A stretch of 64,000 nt of DNA, from IMG/VR virus record IMGVR_UViG_3300042987_000557, positions 6,502-70,501 of that record, one strand, 5' to 3'. Every line of letters begins with the position of its first letter. Positions within the stretch are counted from its first letter, which is position 1. A model generated the notes under the pieces. That model was not told the origin of the DNA. It worked only from the letters and a program-made list of their open reading frames with translations, and made no database searches. Position numbers and translations under genes: made by a program. Shown piece by piece: positions 1 to 8,703 of the stretch. This DNA comes from a virus.

Positions 1-205
1 GAGTTATGACCGTGCTTTGAACAACAGAAGGTGCTGAACCGGCAAGAACTGCCGCACCAACGCTTGGTGTTACCGAACTAGCAACAATGTCTGTAGGCGC
101 TGCCCCAGCAAGCGTAAGCGAACCCACATCCGGGGTGATGAGAATCCCAACCCCCCAGCCATAGGAACCCCAACTGCCCCGACTCCAGCCGGTTTCAGTC
201 GCCAC
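1..205 (-). CDS. Partial virion/tail structural protein (runs off left edge)
   Basis: GTG at 205 with AAAGGA RBS. Reads MATETGWSRGSWGSYGWGVGILITPDVGSLTLAGAAP..., open to position 1. Not in the ORF track. Confidence 0.7.
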   Translation of the reverse strand, partial: MATETGWSRGSWGSYGWGVGILITPDVGSLTLAGAAPTDIVASSVTPSVGAAVLAGSAPSVVQSTVIT

Positions 206-217
206 AGCAATCCTTTA

Positions 218-676
218 TTAGGTCAGCGTGAAAACGCCGGTTGCAGCAGGGAGGATCGTAAGCGTGTTAGGCGAAGAAACAGTAAACTGTGACGAAGACA
301 AACGGCAAAAACACAAAAGCTTGCCTGCCGTAGCGCCTGTCGAATTACGGATGACCGCGTACTTGATATTAGCCAACGCCGTACCAGAAGCGGTAAAGGT
401 CAAACCAATAGTTGAATACGTGAACTTCATCTGTTTAGCCGACGCCCCAACCGTCCACTTACCGGTTGCCGGAGGAATGTCCCGACCGCCTGTAACATAG
501 CCACCCTGCTGTGCAATCTCGTTAGTGATTGACGCGTAGGTACTAAGCGTGAACGTGGATGTATTACTGGCAGACGTTGCCAGGACCATTTTAAAAACAC
601 CAGCACCTAACGTAATCGTACCGTTGCCGATATAGCGTTTGGCCGAGTTATATAATTGCCATGCGGATGCAGCCAT
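218..676 (-). CDS. Putative virion structural protein
   Basis: 152 aa, T/G/A-rich, in late operon; weakly resembles the 2114..2542 product (FKMVL / GYVTGG vs FKIAL / GYTAGG). Confidence 0.6.
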   Translation of the reverse strand: MAASAWQLYNSAKRYIGNGTITLGAGVFKMVLATSASNTSTFTLSTYASITNEIAQQGGYVTGGRDIPPATGKWTVGASAKQMKFTYSTIGLTFTASGTALANIKYAVIRNSTGATAGKLLCFCRLSSSQFTVSSPNTLTILPAATGVFTLT

Positions 677-677
677 T

Positions 678-2105
678 TTAAAGCTCCTTCAAATCGGCGT
701 AGGAAGCGCCGGTTTCCAAAATATGGCGAAGCAATCCTTCACCATAAACTTCTAACTCGATCTCGTCCCCGATGGATCTGATCGTGTCGATAAATTCTTG
801 GGCTTGAGAAACCATCCAGGGATTGCAGTAGAAGATCTTGCCACCGACTCCTACAGGGAGTACTGCTTGACCATCATTTTCTTTCTGTTCGTAGGCATGA
901 TGGGCACCTTCTTCAAGGCAAGAGTCACATCCAAAAAGATGAAAACGCTTGAATCCTAACATTCTAAACAAGGGAATGGTTCGTAGCAATACGGTAGAGC
1001 CTCCAGGGACTGGATACCATGTTTTATATTGCTCAGCTAGCATAGGCGAAAGTAGATCCGCCATCGTATGCCAAATGTAAGTCCTGTCTTTTGGTGCTTT
1101 ATCAAACACCGAAGGATGGCATTGCGAAGCTAAAAAATACTTACAATCAGGGATGATAGGTTCAATAAACCGATTATTAAACTCACGAGCATCGACCATG
1201 ACAAAAGCGGAGGGCATCACGCCCCGGTCAATACAATACTTATAAGCGTTATTCGTTGCAATCAGTTTAACGCCTTTCTCACGAAGCTCACGAATCTGGT
1301 CAAAGGTTCTTGCCAGTGAAGGTCCACCACCCACAATCATGACTTCCGTGTCGTTAGTCGGATAAGGCTGAACCTGTGTAAACCCTAGTTTGATATTGTG
1401 AGCGACGTTGGCCTTGATGACTTCGTCTTCGGTGTTAACAACACCTGCACTGACAACATCCGAACCTGAGATCCAGTTCGATACATAAAACATGCAGCTA
1501 TCGCCTGCGTCCTTAGACCAATGAATGACGCATTTACGATCAATAAACTTTTGCAACCACCAAGCAAAAGGCTGAACAGTTAAGTGCAGCTTATGCCCAA
1601 CGAGATCCCCCATCACATCATCAACCGTGGAGATCTGGAAAAACACATGCTGACAAGAAGCTAGGCAGTTATCCAATACCCGATCAACAAGATGCGGGCG
1701 AATGTGCTCAAGGACATCCGTGCAATAACCGTACACTGCTTGCACCGACAGAGGCTGTGTGAGATCGGCCTCCAGAAACCGCATACAGTGCTTTTGCGTG
1801 TCCAACATAGGGCGAATATCTTCGTCCAAACAGTTATCTGCAAAGTCCACCATCGTGACATCAAGGCCACCGAAAAAGGCCATCGCCAACGCCCCACGAC
1901 CTGTACCACACCCGAGATCAAGTACGGATGCTCCTGCTGGTGGTTGAGCTTGACGTAAAAATTCATGGACAACATGCTCCCCCGGAGCAACAACCCTGTA
2001 CTCAGGGCGGTTCCACATCATTTTGTACAGTTCTTTCTCAAGCGGTCTCGTGTTGGTAATTTTCACAACAGGCGGGTCCGATTTAACACCAGCAAAAAAG
2101 GTCAT
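678..2105 (-). CDS. Class I SAM methyltransferase fused to Maf/DUF115-like (glycosyltransferase-type) domain
   Basis: N-terminal VLDLGCGTG and CTDVLEHI; C-terminal IVGGGPSL, ATNNA, VMVDAR, GGSTV and LGFKRFHLFGCDS. Confidence 0.75.
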   Translation of the reverse strand: MTFFAGVKSDPPVVKITNTRPLEKELYKMMWNRPEYRVVAPGEHVVHEFLRQAQPPAGASVLDLGCGTGRGALAMAFFGGLDVTMVDFADNCLDEDIRPMLDTQKHCMRFLEADLTQPLSVQAVYGYCTDVLEHIRPHLVDRVLDNCLASCQHVFFQISTVDDVMGDLVGHKLHLTVQPFAWWLQKFIDRKCVIHWSKDAGDSCMFYVSNWISGSDVVSAGVVNTEDEVIKANVAHNIKLGFTQVQPYPTNDTEVMIVGGGPSLARTFDQIRELREKGVKLIATNNAYKYCIDRGVMPSAFVMVDAREFNNRFIEPIIPDCKYFLASQCHPSVFDKAPKDRTYIWHTMADLLSPMLAEQYKTWYPVPGGSTVLLRTIPLFRMLGFKRFHLFGCDSCLEEGAHHAYEQKENDGQAVLPVGVGGKIFYCNPWMVSQAQEFIDTIRSIGDEIELEVYGEGLLRHILETGASYADLKEL

Positions 2106-2113
2106 TGGTTCTC

Positions 2114-2542
2114 CTATGAAAGTCTAATGAGCGCACCCGTGCTTGTATTGGGTGGAAACTCAACTACAAAAGTGGTTGTCGAAGTCTTATCTGAACCAAA
2201 ATCAAGTACGCAAATTGCTGGATTACCAGTCGTAACCCGATAAATCAAAGCACCTCTAGCAGTGAAAGCACCACTCCAAGAAGCATCAGAAAAGTCAATA
2301 TAAGCAATGCCTGTGGAACTATCAATAGCAAGTGAAGGAGTGATGGCTTCTCCACCCGCCGTGTACCCCGTAGCCACAACCTCGCCAGTAGCCGTATAAG
2401 CCGTTGTGGTTTGATCAAGGGTGGCATCGTTGGTGTACAGCGCAATTTTAAAGGTCTGTGTCGTACCCGAAGAAAAATCAAAATCTCCCTCAAACAATTG
2501 CTGCTTGAAGGAATTACATGTGTAGTTGCCAGTAAAAGCCAT
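2114..2542 (-). CDS. Conserved phage virion structural protein
   Basis: 142 aa with SFKQQL..FKIALY..GYTAGG..ARGALIY..VLDFG pattern, seen in tail modules of uncultured podoviruses. Confidence 0.6.
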   Translation of the reverse strand: MAFTGNYTCNSFKQQLFEGDFDFSSGTTQTFKIALYTNDATLDQTTTAYTATGEVVATGYTAGGEAITPSLAIDSSTGIAYIDFSDASWSGAFTARGALIYRVTTGNPAICVLDFGSDKTSTTTFVVEFPPNTSTGALIRLS

Positions 2543-3243
2543 TAGTTCACCGACATCCTGACCTGACCAGACCTGTAAGCATCACGACGCTCCATACCAT
2601 CACCAAGACGTTTAGCAAGAATCATGGCTTCTTCGTATCGCTTCATGTAATTGGCAATGACATCAGCTTCACCTTTCATATAGGTGTAGCCCTCAACCAA
2701 AGAGCCGTAGAGAAGTGCCGAATCAAAGTTATTACCAAGCCAAGTTGTATTTGCGGTGGTAATGGACTCGGGATAGTAAAAATAATGCAGTTCTACCGTG
2801 TACGCAGCGGCAGGTGTTGGGCCAAGAATCAGTGTATTTTCGTCAAACAATGCGTAATACTTGGGAACGCCCTGTGTCGAAGGGTTGGAGTACGCAGCAC
2901 GAATATAGCTTACGTCTTTATCTAGCAAGTATTCGTAATCCCCTGTTGTAGGATTAATAACGGCAAGTTCGTAAACCGCTAAAAAATCCCCATCGTTATT
3001 AAGCCCTGGAGGTGTTGCTAGATATTTGTTACCGGCTGTAAGTGTACCAGTCTGATTTTTTCTAAAGTATGGGAACTGAACCGAATTAAAAATACGTTGT
3101 TCGGCTTGTTTAATAAACGTATCGATCTGCTGTTTGGTAGTCAACGTCGCTGTACCCGATCCAGACGAATCAGCACCTACAAACGACGGAAAGTCGTTCT
3201 CCAGATAACCTTGAATCGTTTTGAAAAGAGTAGCGTAGTTCAT
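2542..3243 (-). CDS. Putative head-tail adaptor / tail tubular protein
   Basis: 233 aa with FIKQAEQRI, G.PKYYA, LGPTP and LLYGSLVE motifs; position in late operon. Confidence 0.6.
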   Translation of the reverse strand: MNYATLFKTIQGYLENDFPSFVGADSSGSGTATLTTKQQIDTFIKQAEQRIFNSVQFPYFRKNQTGTLTAGNKYLATPPGLNNDGDFLAVYELAVINPTTGDYEYLLDKDVSYIRAAYSNPSTQGVPKYYALFDENTLILGPTPAAAYTVELHYFYYPESITTANTTWLGNNFDSALLYGSLVEGYTYMKGEADVIANYMKRYEEAMILAKRLGDGMERRDAYRSGQVRMSVN

Positions 3244-3389
3244 TAGCCCATCTTCTTAGAAGCACCTGTGCCCTTCGTGGCGCATCCGGTTCCCCGGATC
3301 TTTACCGTCTGGGTGTTGGGTATGTTATTTGGGTAACCGTTATTTGTGTTTTTAACGGGCACCGGTGTTGGCATTTTGCTGTGTTTCAT
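3243..3389 (-). CDS. Small basic protein (48 aa)
   Basis: MKHSKMPTPVP...IRGTGCATKGTGASKKMG; coupled to both neighbours by ATGA and TAATG overlaps; below ORF-track cutoff. Confidence 0.7.
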   Translation of the reverse strand: MKHSKMPTPVPVKNTNNGYPNNIPNTQTVKIRGTGCATKGTGASKKMG

Positions 3390-3595
3390 TTCGCCCCCAT
3401 CTTGTACTTAAAAGAAGGTGATTTCTGATTAGCAATCTTAGCCATGTTCCGGCCAAGAGTCTTCATTTCGGCGTTAGTCTTACCGCCCTTACGAAGCTTA
3501 GTCAGCGGCGCACCTTTGTGCTTGGCTTTCTCATGCTTGTGTACTGCACCAGCAATCATTTTCTTGTCTTGGGCTAAGTCTTTCTTGTCCATCAT
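3386..3595 (-). CDS. Small basic protein
   Basis: 69 aa, Lys-rich, contains LRKGG; AGGAG RBS. Confidence 0.7.
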   Translation of the reverse strand: MMDKKDLAQDKKMIAGAVHKHEKAKHKGAPLTKLRKGGKTNAEMKTLGRNMAKIANQKSPSFKYKMGAK

Positions 3596-3601
3596 AGACT
3601 C

Positions 3602-4024
3602 CTATGTAACATTTACAGTAACAGTGCCTAGCGTGATGCCCAGCACAAGATTGTTCGGCGTTAAACCTGTGTCATAAGATCTTGCCCCACCCACAGGTGC
3701 CCATCCCCACTGAATGATTCTACTACCTCCAGAGGGGTCTCCGCTACCTAGTTGCGTCGTCGTTGTATTGATCTGCAACCCGTTTAGACCGGCAACGCGA
3801 TACGTTGTATCAGGGCGAGGATTCCGCAACGCCTGTGGATCGTCCACAGGATACATACCAAGCTGCAACTGCGGTTGATCGGGTTCCCAACAATTATTAC
3901 AGACAAGAATATTGACGTTCTTAGTCTTGATGACAAGCCCACGTAGTTCCTTCAACTTGTACCGAAAGCCACACCTATCGCACTGCGATATAGCCCACTT
4001 ACCTGATGCAAACCGATTAGGCAT
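3602..4024 (-). CDS. Conserved phage protein with CxxC...CxxC motif
   Basis: CDRCGF...VCNNCWEPDQPQ...DPQALRNPRPD. Confidence 0.7.
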   Translation of the reverse strand: MPNRFASGKWAISQCDRCGFRYKLKELRGLVIKTKNVNILVCNNCWEPDQPQLQLGMYPVDDPQALRNPRPDTTYRVAGLNGLQINTTTTQLGSGDPSGGSRIIQWGWAPVGGARSYDTGLTPNNLVLGITLGTVTVNVT

Positions 4025-4025
4025 T

Positions 4026-4739
4026 TCAGTAGAACAACTGTCGGGGTGCGAGTCGCAACGGTGCTTTCTCGCGGTCTTCGTCTAGCGCAAGCCTTAACTG
4101 CTCGTCGTACATGTCTTTCAGCATAGGTACACGCTGTGCAGCTTCGGGGATCTTCAGTGACAAGTAGTACGCCAACCCAGCAGCCAAACAATTGATGAAC
4201 CTAAACGGCACATCCTGAATATTCGCACCACTACCAGCATCCTGTATACGACGTAGTCGCCAATACACAAAGGTGTAGTAGTTGTCTTGATCTGGCGCAG
4301 GCCAAACATTAATCGTAGGTGATGCTAATCCAGTGGGTGTCAGTACCCCTGACTGCCTATTGATCCAAACCTGAATGGGCCTACCTTGAGCGTTCTTGTT
4401 TGGTATTGTGGCGTAGGTATCCACCGAGATACGCGTGATATTGATGTCCGTTTGGGGGATTCCAGTCTGCGTACGAATAACCTGTTCGATGAGATCTACT
4501 GTGTCTACCGGAAGCGCGTACGTAATAGTACCCGTGGTCATAGCAATAGGCGTGCCTTGCTCAATCGTCCACAGATTAATGCCCCGGTTAGCCCACTCAG
4601 TAAACATCAAATTCATAGAACGACGAGCCGTACGGTGTTCGTATCCAGTACGCACCTCAATCCCGCACCGCTCAAATGCCTCTTCAATAATCTCGTTTAG
4701 ATCGAGATTAAAAGCTGTCGTACCTGAAGTTGTTGTCAC
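4026..4739 (-). CDS. Putative head completion / adaptor protein
   Basis: 237 aa with IIEEAFERCG, EWANRGINLW, GRPIQ and CLAAGLAYYL; late operon. Confidence 0.6.
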   Translation of the reverse strand: MTTTSGTTAFNLDLNEIIEEAFERCGIEVRTGYEHRTARRSMNLMFTEWANRGINLWTIEQGTPIAMTTGTITYALPVDTVDLIEQVIRTQTGIPQTDINITRISVDTYATIPNKNAQGRPIQVWINRQSGVLTPTGLASPTINVWPAPDQDNYYTFVYWRLRRIQDAGSGANIQDVPFRFINCLAAGLAYYLSLKIPEAAQRVPMLKDMYDEQLRLALDEDREKAPLRLAPRQLFY

Positions 4740-4996
4740 TTCATTCCTCGGAGCGTTTTAGCAAGCCTAGCTCTTTGCCCAAGTTTGCCCGGAGCCTTAG
4801 TAGCTTTATCAAGCATCTTCGCAGGAATCGGCTTTTTACCTTTAATACCAAGCTGTTCACGAAGTGCTCCCGGTTTTTTGATCGCAGCTTGAATCCATTT
4901 ACCGCTTTTAAAACCTTCTACACCACGACCTTTGAGGATGTCCGCTTTGGTCACATCCCCATCGCCTGTTAAATCAGGAAACTTTTTAGTTGCCAT
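4736..4996 (-). CDS. Small basic protein
   Basis: PDLTGDGDVTKADILKGRGV (EF-hand-like loop) plus KWIQAAIKKPGAL...RARLAKTL. Confidence 0.7.
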   Translation of the reverse strand: MATKKFPDLTGDGDVTKADILKGRGVEGFKSGKWIQAAIKKPGALREQLGIKGKKPIPAKMLDKATKAPGKLGQRARLAKTLRGMK

Positions 4997-5259
4997 TATC
5001 TATACCTCGCGGTTTTAGCAGCAATGCCTTTTGGTTGCTTGACGAATTGCTTTCCCGAGCGTTTCCCAGCGCGTTTAGCTCTTGTTGTCGCAGCGTACTC
5101 AGCAGGTGTAAGAGCATTGATTGCCGCCTCTGGGAGATACCGCTCGCCAGTTGCTTTTGAACCCTGTGTGCTAGGTTTGCCACTGCGTGTTCTCCAACGT
5201 TGGTCTCCCCAAGCTTTTAACGACTCTTGACTTTTTCGTAGTGCCATATCATAATCCAT
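4996..5259 (-). CDS. Small basic protein, DUF5872-like C-terminal half
   Basis: QESLKAWGDQRWRT..G...TGERYLPEAA. Confidence 0.6.
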   Translation of the reverse strand: MDYDMALRKSQESLKAWGDQRWRTRSGKPSTQGSKATGERYLPEAAINALTPAEYAATTRAKRAGKRSGKQFVKQPKGIAAKTARYR

Positions 5260-5274
5260 TAAAAGGAGAACGAA

Positions 5275-5787
5275 ATGGAAGAAATTTGGATGTGTATCCC
5301 GGATACTGACGAACGTTACTCAGTAAGTAATTACGGAAACGTAAGATCCAACTGGACAGATATCCCACAACGAAATTTAACCTATAGAAAACGTATAGAA
5401 AAGATGACACAAATTCAAGCTTGGGTTCATACAACCGGTTATTTACGTATTGCTCTTGGGAGGGGTAAATGTCGATACGTACACCGTTTAGTTGCCTTAG
5501 CTTTTTTACCAAACCTAGAAAATTTACCACAGGTAGACCATATAGATGGTAATAGGAAAAACAACCACGTAAACAACCTGCGATGGGTTTCCGCGAAAGA
5601 AAACGCAATTTATGGTGGGGATAGACACAAATGGACAAACCAAAAAATAGCAAGTGCAAAACGTCGTATACACGAAGCAAAAAAGAGTGAATACCAAACC
5701 CTTGTAGATCAAGGATACAGCTTTCGTCATATCGCAAAGCTTTTTGGTACATCACACTCCGCCATTTCTAATGCACTAAAAAAATAG
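5275..5787 (+). CDS. NUMOD4-HNH homing endonuclease
   Basis: EIW.CIP...YSVSNYGNVRS (NUMOD4); VHRLVA.AF...VDHIDGNRKNNHVNNLRWV (HNH); C-terminal HTH; antisense to the operon. Confidence 0.9.
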   Translation: MEEIWMCIPDTDERYSVSNYGNVRSNWTDIPQRNLTYRKRIEKMTQIQAWVHTTGYLRIALGRGKCRYVHRLVALAFLPNLENLPQVDHIDGNRKNNHVNNLRWVSAKENAIYGGDRHKWTNQKIASAKRRIHEAKKSEYQTLVDQGYSFRHIAKLFGTSHSAISNALKK

Positions 5788-5792
5788 TGCTT

Positions 5793-6071
5793 TCAATCTC
5801 GATATCCACCGCCACGAGCCTTATATTTCATAGCTAATAACTGACTTTTTCGTGCTGACCATTGTCCCGGCGATCCACCTTTGCCACCAGCTTTTATGCT
5901 GTTGAACAATGCTTTACGCATCCCCGGCTTGGTGTAATTGCCAGCTTCGTTCACACGGGACTCGCCACCTTTAGAAAACGCCGTGAAATCGGTGTCATCC
6001 CGCCTAGCTTTAGTAACCGGCTTGGGCATCTTGGAGGCGCGAATCGCCCCCATCCCGCGTGAGGCCATCAT
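5793..6071 (-). CDS. Small basic protein, DUF5872-like N-terminal half
   Basis: NYTKPGMRK...KGGSPGQWSARKSQLLA..YK.RGGGY. Confidence 0.6.
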   Translation of the reverse strand: MMASRGMGAIRASKMPKPVTKARRDDTDFTAFSKGGESRVNEAGNYTKPGMRKALFNSIKAGGKGGSPGQWSARKSQLLAMKYKARGGGYRD

Positions 6072-6072
6072 C

Positions 6073-6480
6073 TCAGCACGCCTTACCGCCGTAGGCCATC
6101 TTCTTGACCTTGCCGCCGTGAGCCATTTTGTTACCGGCCATCGAGATCATTTTGCCTTTGGTCTTGCCTTTCATAGCAACACCATCACGGCTAGGAGCTG
6201 CGGTCTTAACTGCGCCCATCTTGCTTGCGGCCATACCGCCTGATTTGTAACCTTTCATTTCAGCTTCCTCATGTTTAATCATGGATTTAGGAGCACCCTT
6301 GGCTTTCATAAAGCCAACTTCTTTCTTCATCATTGCTTTAGATTCTTTCACTTCACCACCTCTAGCTTTGCTAAATTCACGGCCTACGGATTGAGGGACA
6401 TCAACTTTCTTTGCGAACTTCGGATTGTTCGCTACTGCCTGCATGAACCTTCTCTGCTTCTCGCTGACTGCTGGCATCAC
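6073..6480 (-). CDS. Small basic protein with repeated xxxGG motifs
   Basis: MPAVSEKQRRFM start; KARGGEV, YKSGGMA, MAHGGKV, MAYGGKA. Confidence 0.7.
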   Translation of the reverse strand: MMPAVSEKQRRFMQAVANNPKFAKKVDVPQSVGREFSKARGGEVKESKAMMKKEVGFMKAKGAPKSMIKHEEAEMKGYKSGGMAASKMGAVKTAAPSRDGVAMKGKTKGKMISMAGNKMAHGGKVKKMAYGGKAC

Positions 6481-6728
6481 TATCCTTTCTTTGCGAGGGC
6501 ATCAATCTTTGCTTCAAGCCTTTCAAAGCCTGTATCAAAGCGTTCCATAATTTTTTCAAGGTCTTGCCTAACTTCTGCACGAGTGATGTGATCACGAGCG
6601 ATTTCCTCCCTCGTTTTGTTCAGTAGGATCTGGATGCGCTGCTGTTCCTCATGGGAGTTTTTTAGCATAAACATCACAAGCCCTACTAAAATAGACGTAA
6701 TGAGATTCCAGAGAATAATCGGGTCCAT
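6480..6728 (-). CDS. Small membrane-anchored coiled-coil protein
   Basis: N-terminal hydrophobic helix followed by coiled coil. Confidence 0.65.
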   Translation of the reverse strand: MDPIILWNLITSILVGLVMFMLKNSHEEQQRIQILLNKTREEIARDHITRAEVRQDLEKIMERFDTGFERLEAKIDALAKKG

Positions 6729-6735
6729 TTAGCAC

Positions 6736-7287
6736 CTAAATATATCTTCCACGAGTCTTGCCGCGTTGTGCGGCCCCATCTGCGCGTTTAGAAGCAGAAG
6801 ATACTTTACCGCCTTTTTTGTATTCCTTATCCTCACCCCTTTTAACTCGACGCATGGCGTCTTCGACATCTTTGAAAGCTTGCTCTTGGTCTACACGTTC
6901 TTGTGCTTCTTTGGTTAACTTAACCCTGTCGGACGGAACAGATGCTTTGTCGATGGCTTTATCGATGTATTTACCTACGTTAGTATTTTTATCGATTAGC
7001 TCACCAATACCTCTACCCGCCATAAAAGCAGCTTCGGCAGCACCCGCACGGCCCATAGTTCGTGAAAGCGCCCTACCAGCAGCTTCTTGGGTTTTAGCGC
7101 GATCCATATAACCACGATTACCTTCGCGGTTAGTTTTTTGATCTAGCCCTTTTTTGATCCTTTCAAGATCAGCTTCATTTGAAGCAATTACGTCTTCTTT
7201 AGGGTTAGGAGTTAAATCTTTTGCATTGGTTTGGTTAGGCGACCTGTATATGTAGCCTTCTTTTTCTGGCTTATTTAAGCGTCCCAT
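6736..7287 (-). CDS. Hypothetical virion-associated protein
   Basis: Start chosen at ATG 7287 (GAGG RBS); C-terminus YKKGGKV...ADGAAQRGKTRGRYI. Confidence 0.65.
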   Translation of the reverse strand: MGRLNKPEKEGYIYRSPNQTNAKDLTPNPKEDVIASNEADLERIKKGLDQKTNREGNRGYMDRAKTQEAAGRALSRTMGRAGAAEAAFMAGRGIGELIDKNTNVGKYIDKAIDKASVPSDRVKLTKEAQERVDQEQAFKDVEDAMRRVKRGEDKEYKKGGKVSSASKRADGAAQRGKTRGRYI

Positions 7288-7294
7288 AGCTACC

Positions 7295-7549
7295 TCAACA
7301 TTTCCAAGCACGAAGTGATTTGTTGATACGACTGTTAGGGTCGTTGGCTGTTTTGGCACTTGTCAACTTCTTCTTCATGCCCGTCATCCGGGCACAAAAT
7401 GACTTCTTACGAGCACCGCCCTCCGGTTGTGGAGGTTTAAGCCCAGGCTTACCCGGATTAGCTGCGTTATATGAAGCTCTGCCTTTAGCGTTAAGTCCGC
7501 CTTTTTCAGATTTACCTTCCTTGCGCTGCCATGCCGGAGTCTTAGCCAT
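7295..7549 (-). CDS. Small basic conserved phage protein (DUF6321-like)
   Basis: GGLNAKGRASY...RKKSFCARM.G...SLRAWKC. Confidence 0.65.
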   Translation of the reverse strand: MAKTPAWQRKEGKSEKGGLNAKGRASYNAANPGKPGLKPPQPEGGARKKSFCARMTGMKKKLTSAKTANDPNSRINKSLRAWKC

Positions 7550-7853
7550 AGAAGATCACCATTGACGTGGTATTTGTAACAGTGCCATGCAACCCAACAG
7601 AAGCCAAAATACCTTCGCCGGGGAGTGGGATGATGGTATACCCAGCATTGACTTTTGCCGCCGTATTAACTGTTAACAAAACTGGACCCGTTGCGCTTCC
7701 ATCACGAATAACGACAGACCCAGCATCAGTGCCATTTACTGCATAGATCGTTTTGATCCTTGCGCGTGGAACCGCTAGGTTGTTCTGGTTTAAAAAATCC
7801 CCAGTAGACTCAAGCGGTTTGGTCGCAAAGACATCATATTGCATCGTCGCCAT
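7542..7853 (-). CDS. Hypothetical structural protein
   Basis: 103 aa, beta-rich, GGAG RBS. Confidence 0.6.
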   Translation of the reverse strand: MATMQYDVFATKPLESTGDFLNQNNLAVPRARIKTIYAVNGTDAGSVVIRDGSATGPVLLTVNTAAKVNAGYTIIPLPGEGILASVGLHGTVTNTTSMVIFYG

Positions 7854-8007
7854 TCTGCTGCTCCGGTTTTTCTTGCTCCATCTTCTGAAGCAAGTAATCG
7901 ACCATATCTATTGCACCGTTAGCTTGCTGGAGCATCTCAAACAAGTTCTGCCGTTTGGCTAGGGCTTGTTGTCTGACTTCCAGCAAGGTTTCTTTGGTTA
8001 GTTCCAT
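7834..8007 (-). CDS. Small helical protein (57 aa)
   Basis: MELTKETLLEVRQQALAKRQNLFEMLQQANGAIDMVDYLL...; TAATG coupling to the upstream gene; below ORF-track cutoff. Confidence 0.65.
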   Translation of the reverse strand: MELTKETLLEVRQQALAKRQNLFEMLQQANGAIDMVDYLLQKMEQEKPEQQNGDDAI

Positions 8008-8609
8008 TAGGTGGGCTGAGCAGCGTAGAGCGGAATCCAGTAGTTGGTAGCACCAACCCTAACGCGAAGACCGCCGTAAGCAGTGCCCAAGGTCGTACCA
8101 GCTACCAGCATTTTCCCTGCCCCAGCCGTCAAACCTTGGATGTTCATGAAGACACCGTTGGTGTCAACCGTGCCCGCGCCAGTACCGTTGACCGAAGCGT
8201 AGATAAGCGACGTTGTCGTACCAGTAGACGCACCAGAAGCGCAGTTAAGTTCAAGCTCTAAGGGTGCATATGTACCAGACGAAGTACCTGCCGAAAGACT
8301 CAACTCAGCAACAAACGCCGAACCAAGACCGGTCGTGCGGCCCGAAGCACCGTAGGTGACTTCAGCTTTAAGTGCATTGGAGAACGATCCCAACGCCACG
8401 TTGGTAGACATCGAAAATTTAGTACGACCACCGTCTGCGCCCGCGCCAGACATCGTGGTGTCAACGACCAAAGGCTGATACGTGCCGCTGGTTGCAGTGT
8501 TTGTGGTGGTGATGGTATTACCGGATTCAGTAATAGCAAGGGTGCCGATGAAGCTGCCCTCAAAGCCGTTATCCGACTTTACTGGCCCGGAGAAGGTTGT
8601 ACGTGCCAT
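8007..8609 (-). CDS. Putative head decoration / head fibre protein
   Basis: MARTTFSGPVKSDNGF N-terminus, T/G/S-rich, downstream of the major capsid gene. Confidence 0.55.
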   Translation of the reverse strand: MARTTFSGPVKSDNGFEGSFIGTLAITESGNTITTTNTATSGTYQPLVVDTTMSGAGADGGRTKFSMSTNVALGSFSNALKAEVTYGASGRTTGLGSAFVAELSLSAGTSSGTYAPLELELNCASGASTGTTTSLIYASVNGTGAGTVDTNGVFMNIQGLTAGAGKMLVAGTTLGTAYGGLRVRVGATNYWIPLYAAQPT

Positions 8610-8703
8610 GTAATCCTCACATGCGATATCGGTGTATTAGTCTGCATGTCGTCAGCCGGGACTGTCTAATACACCGGGCTAACCCCGGAATATCAGTGTT
8701 TTA

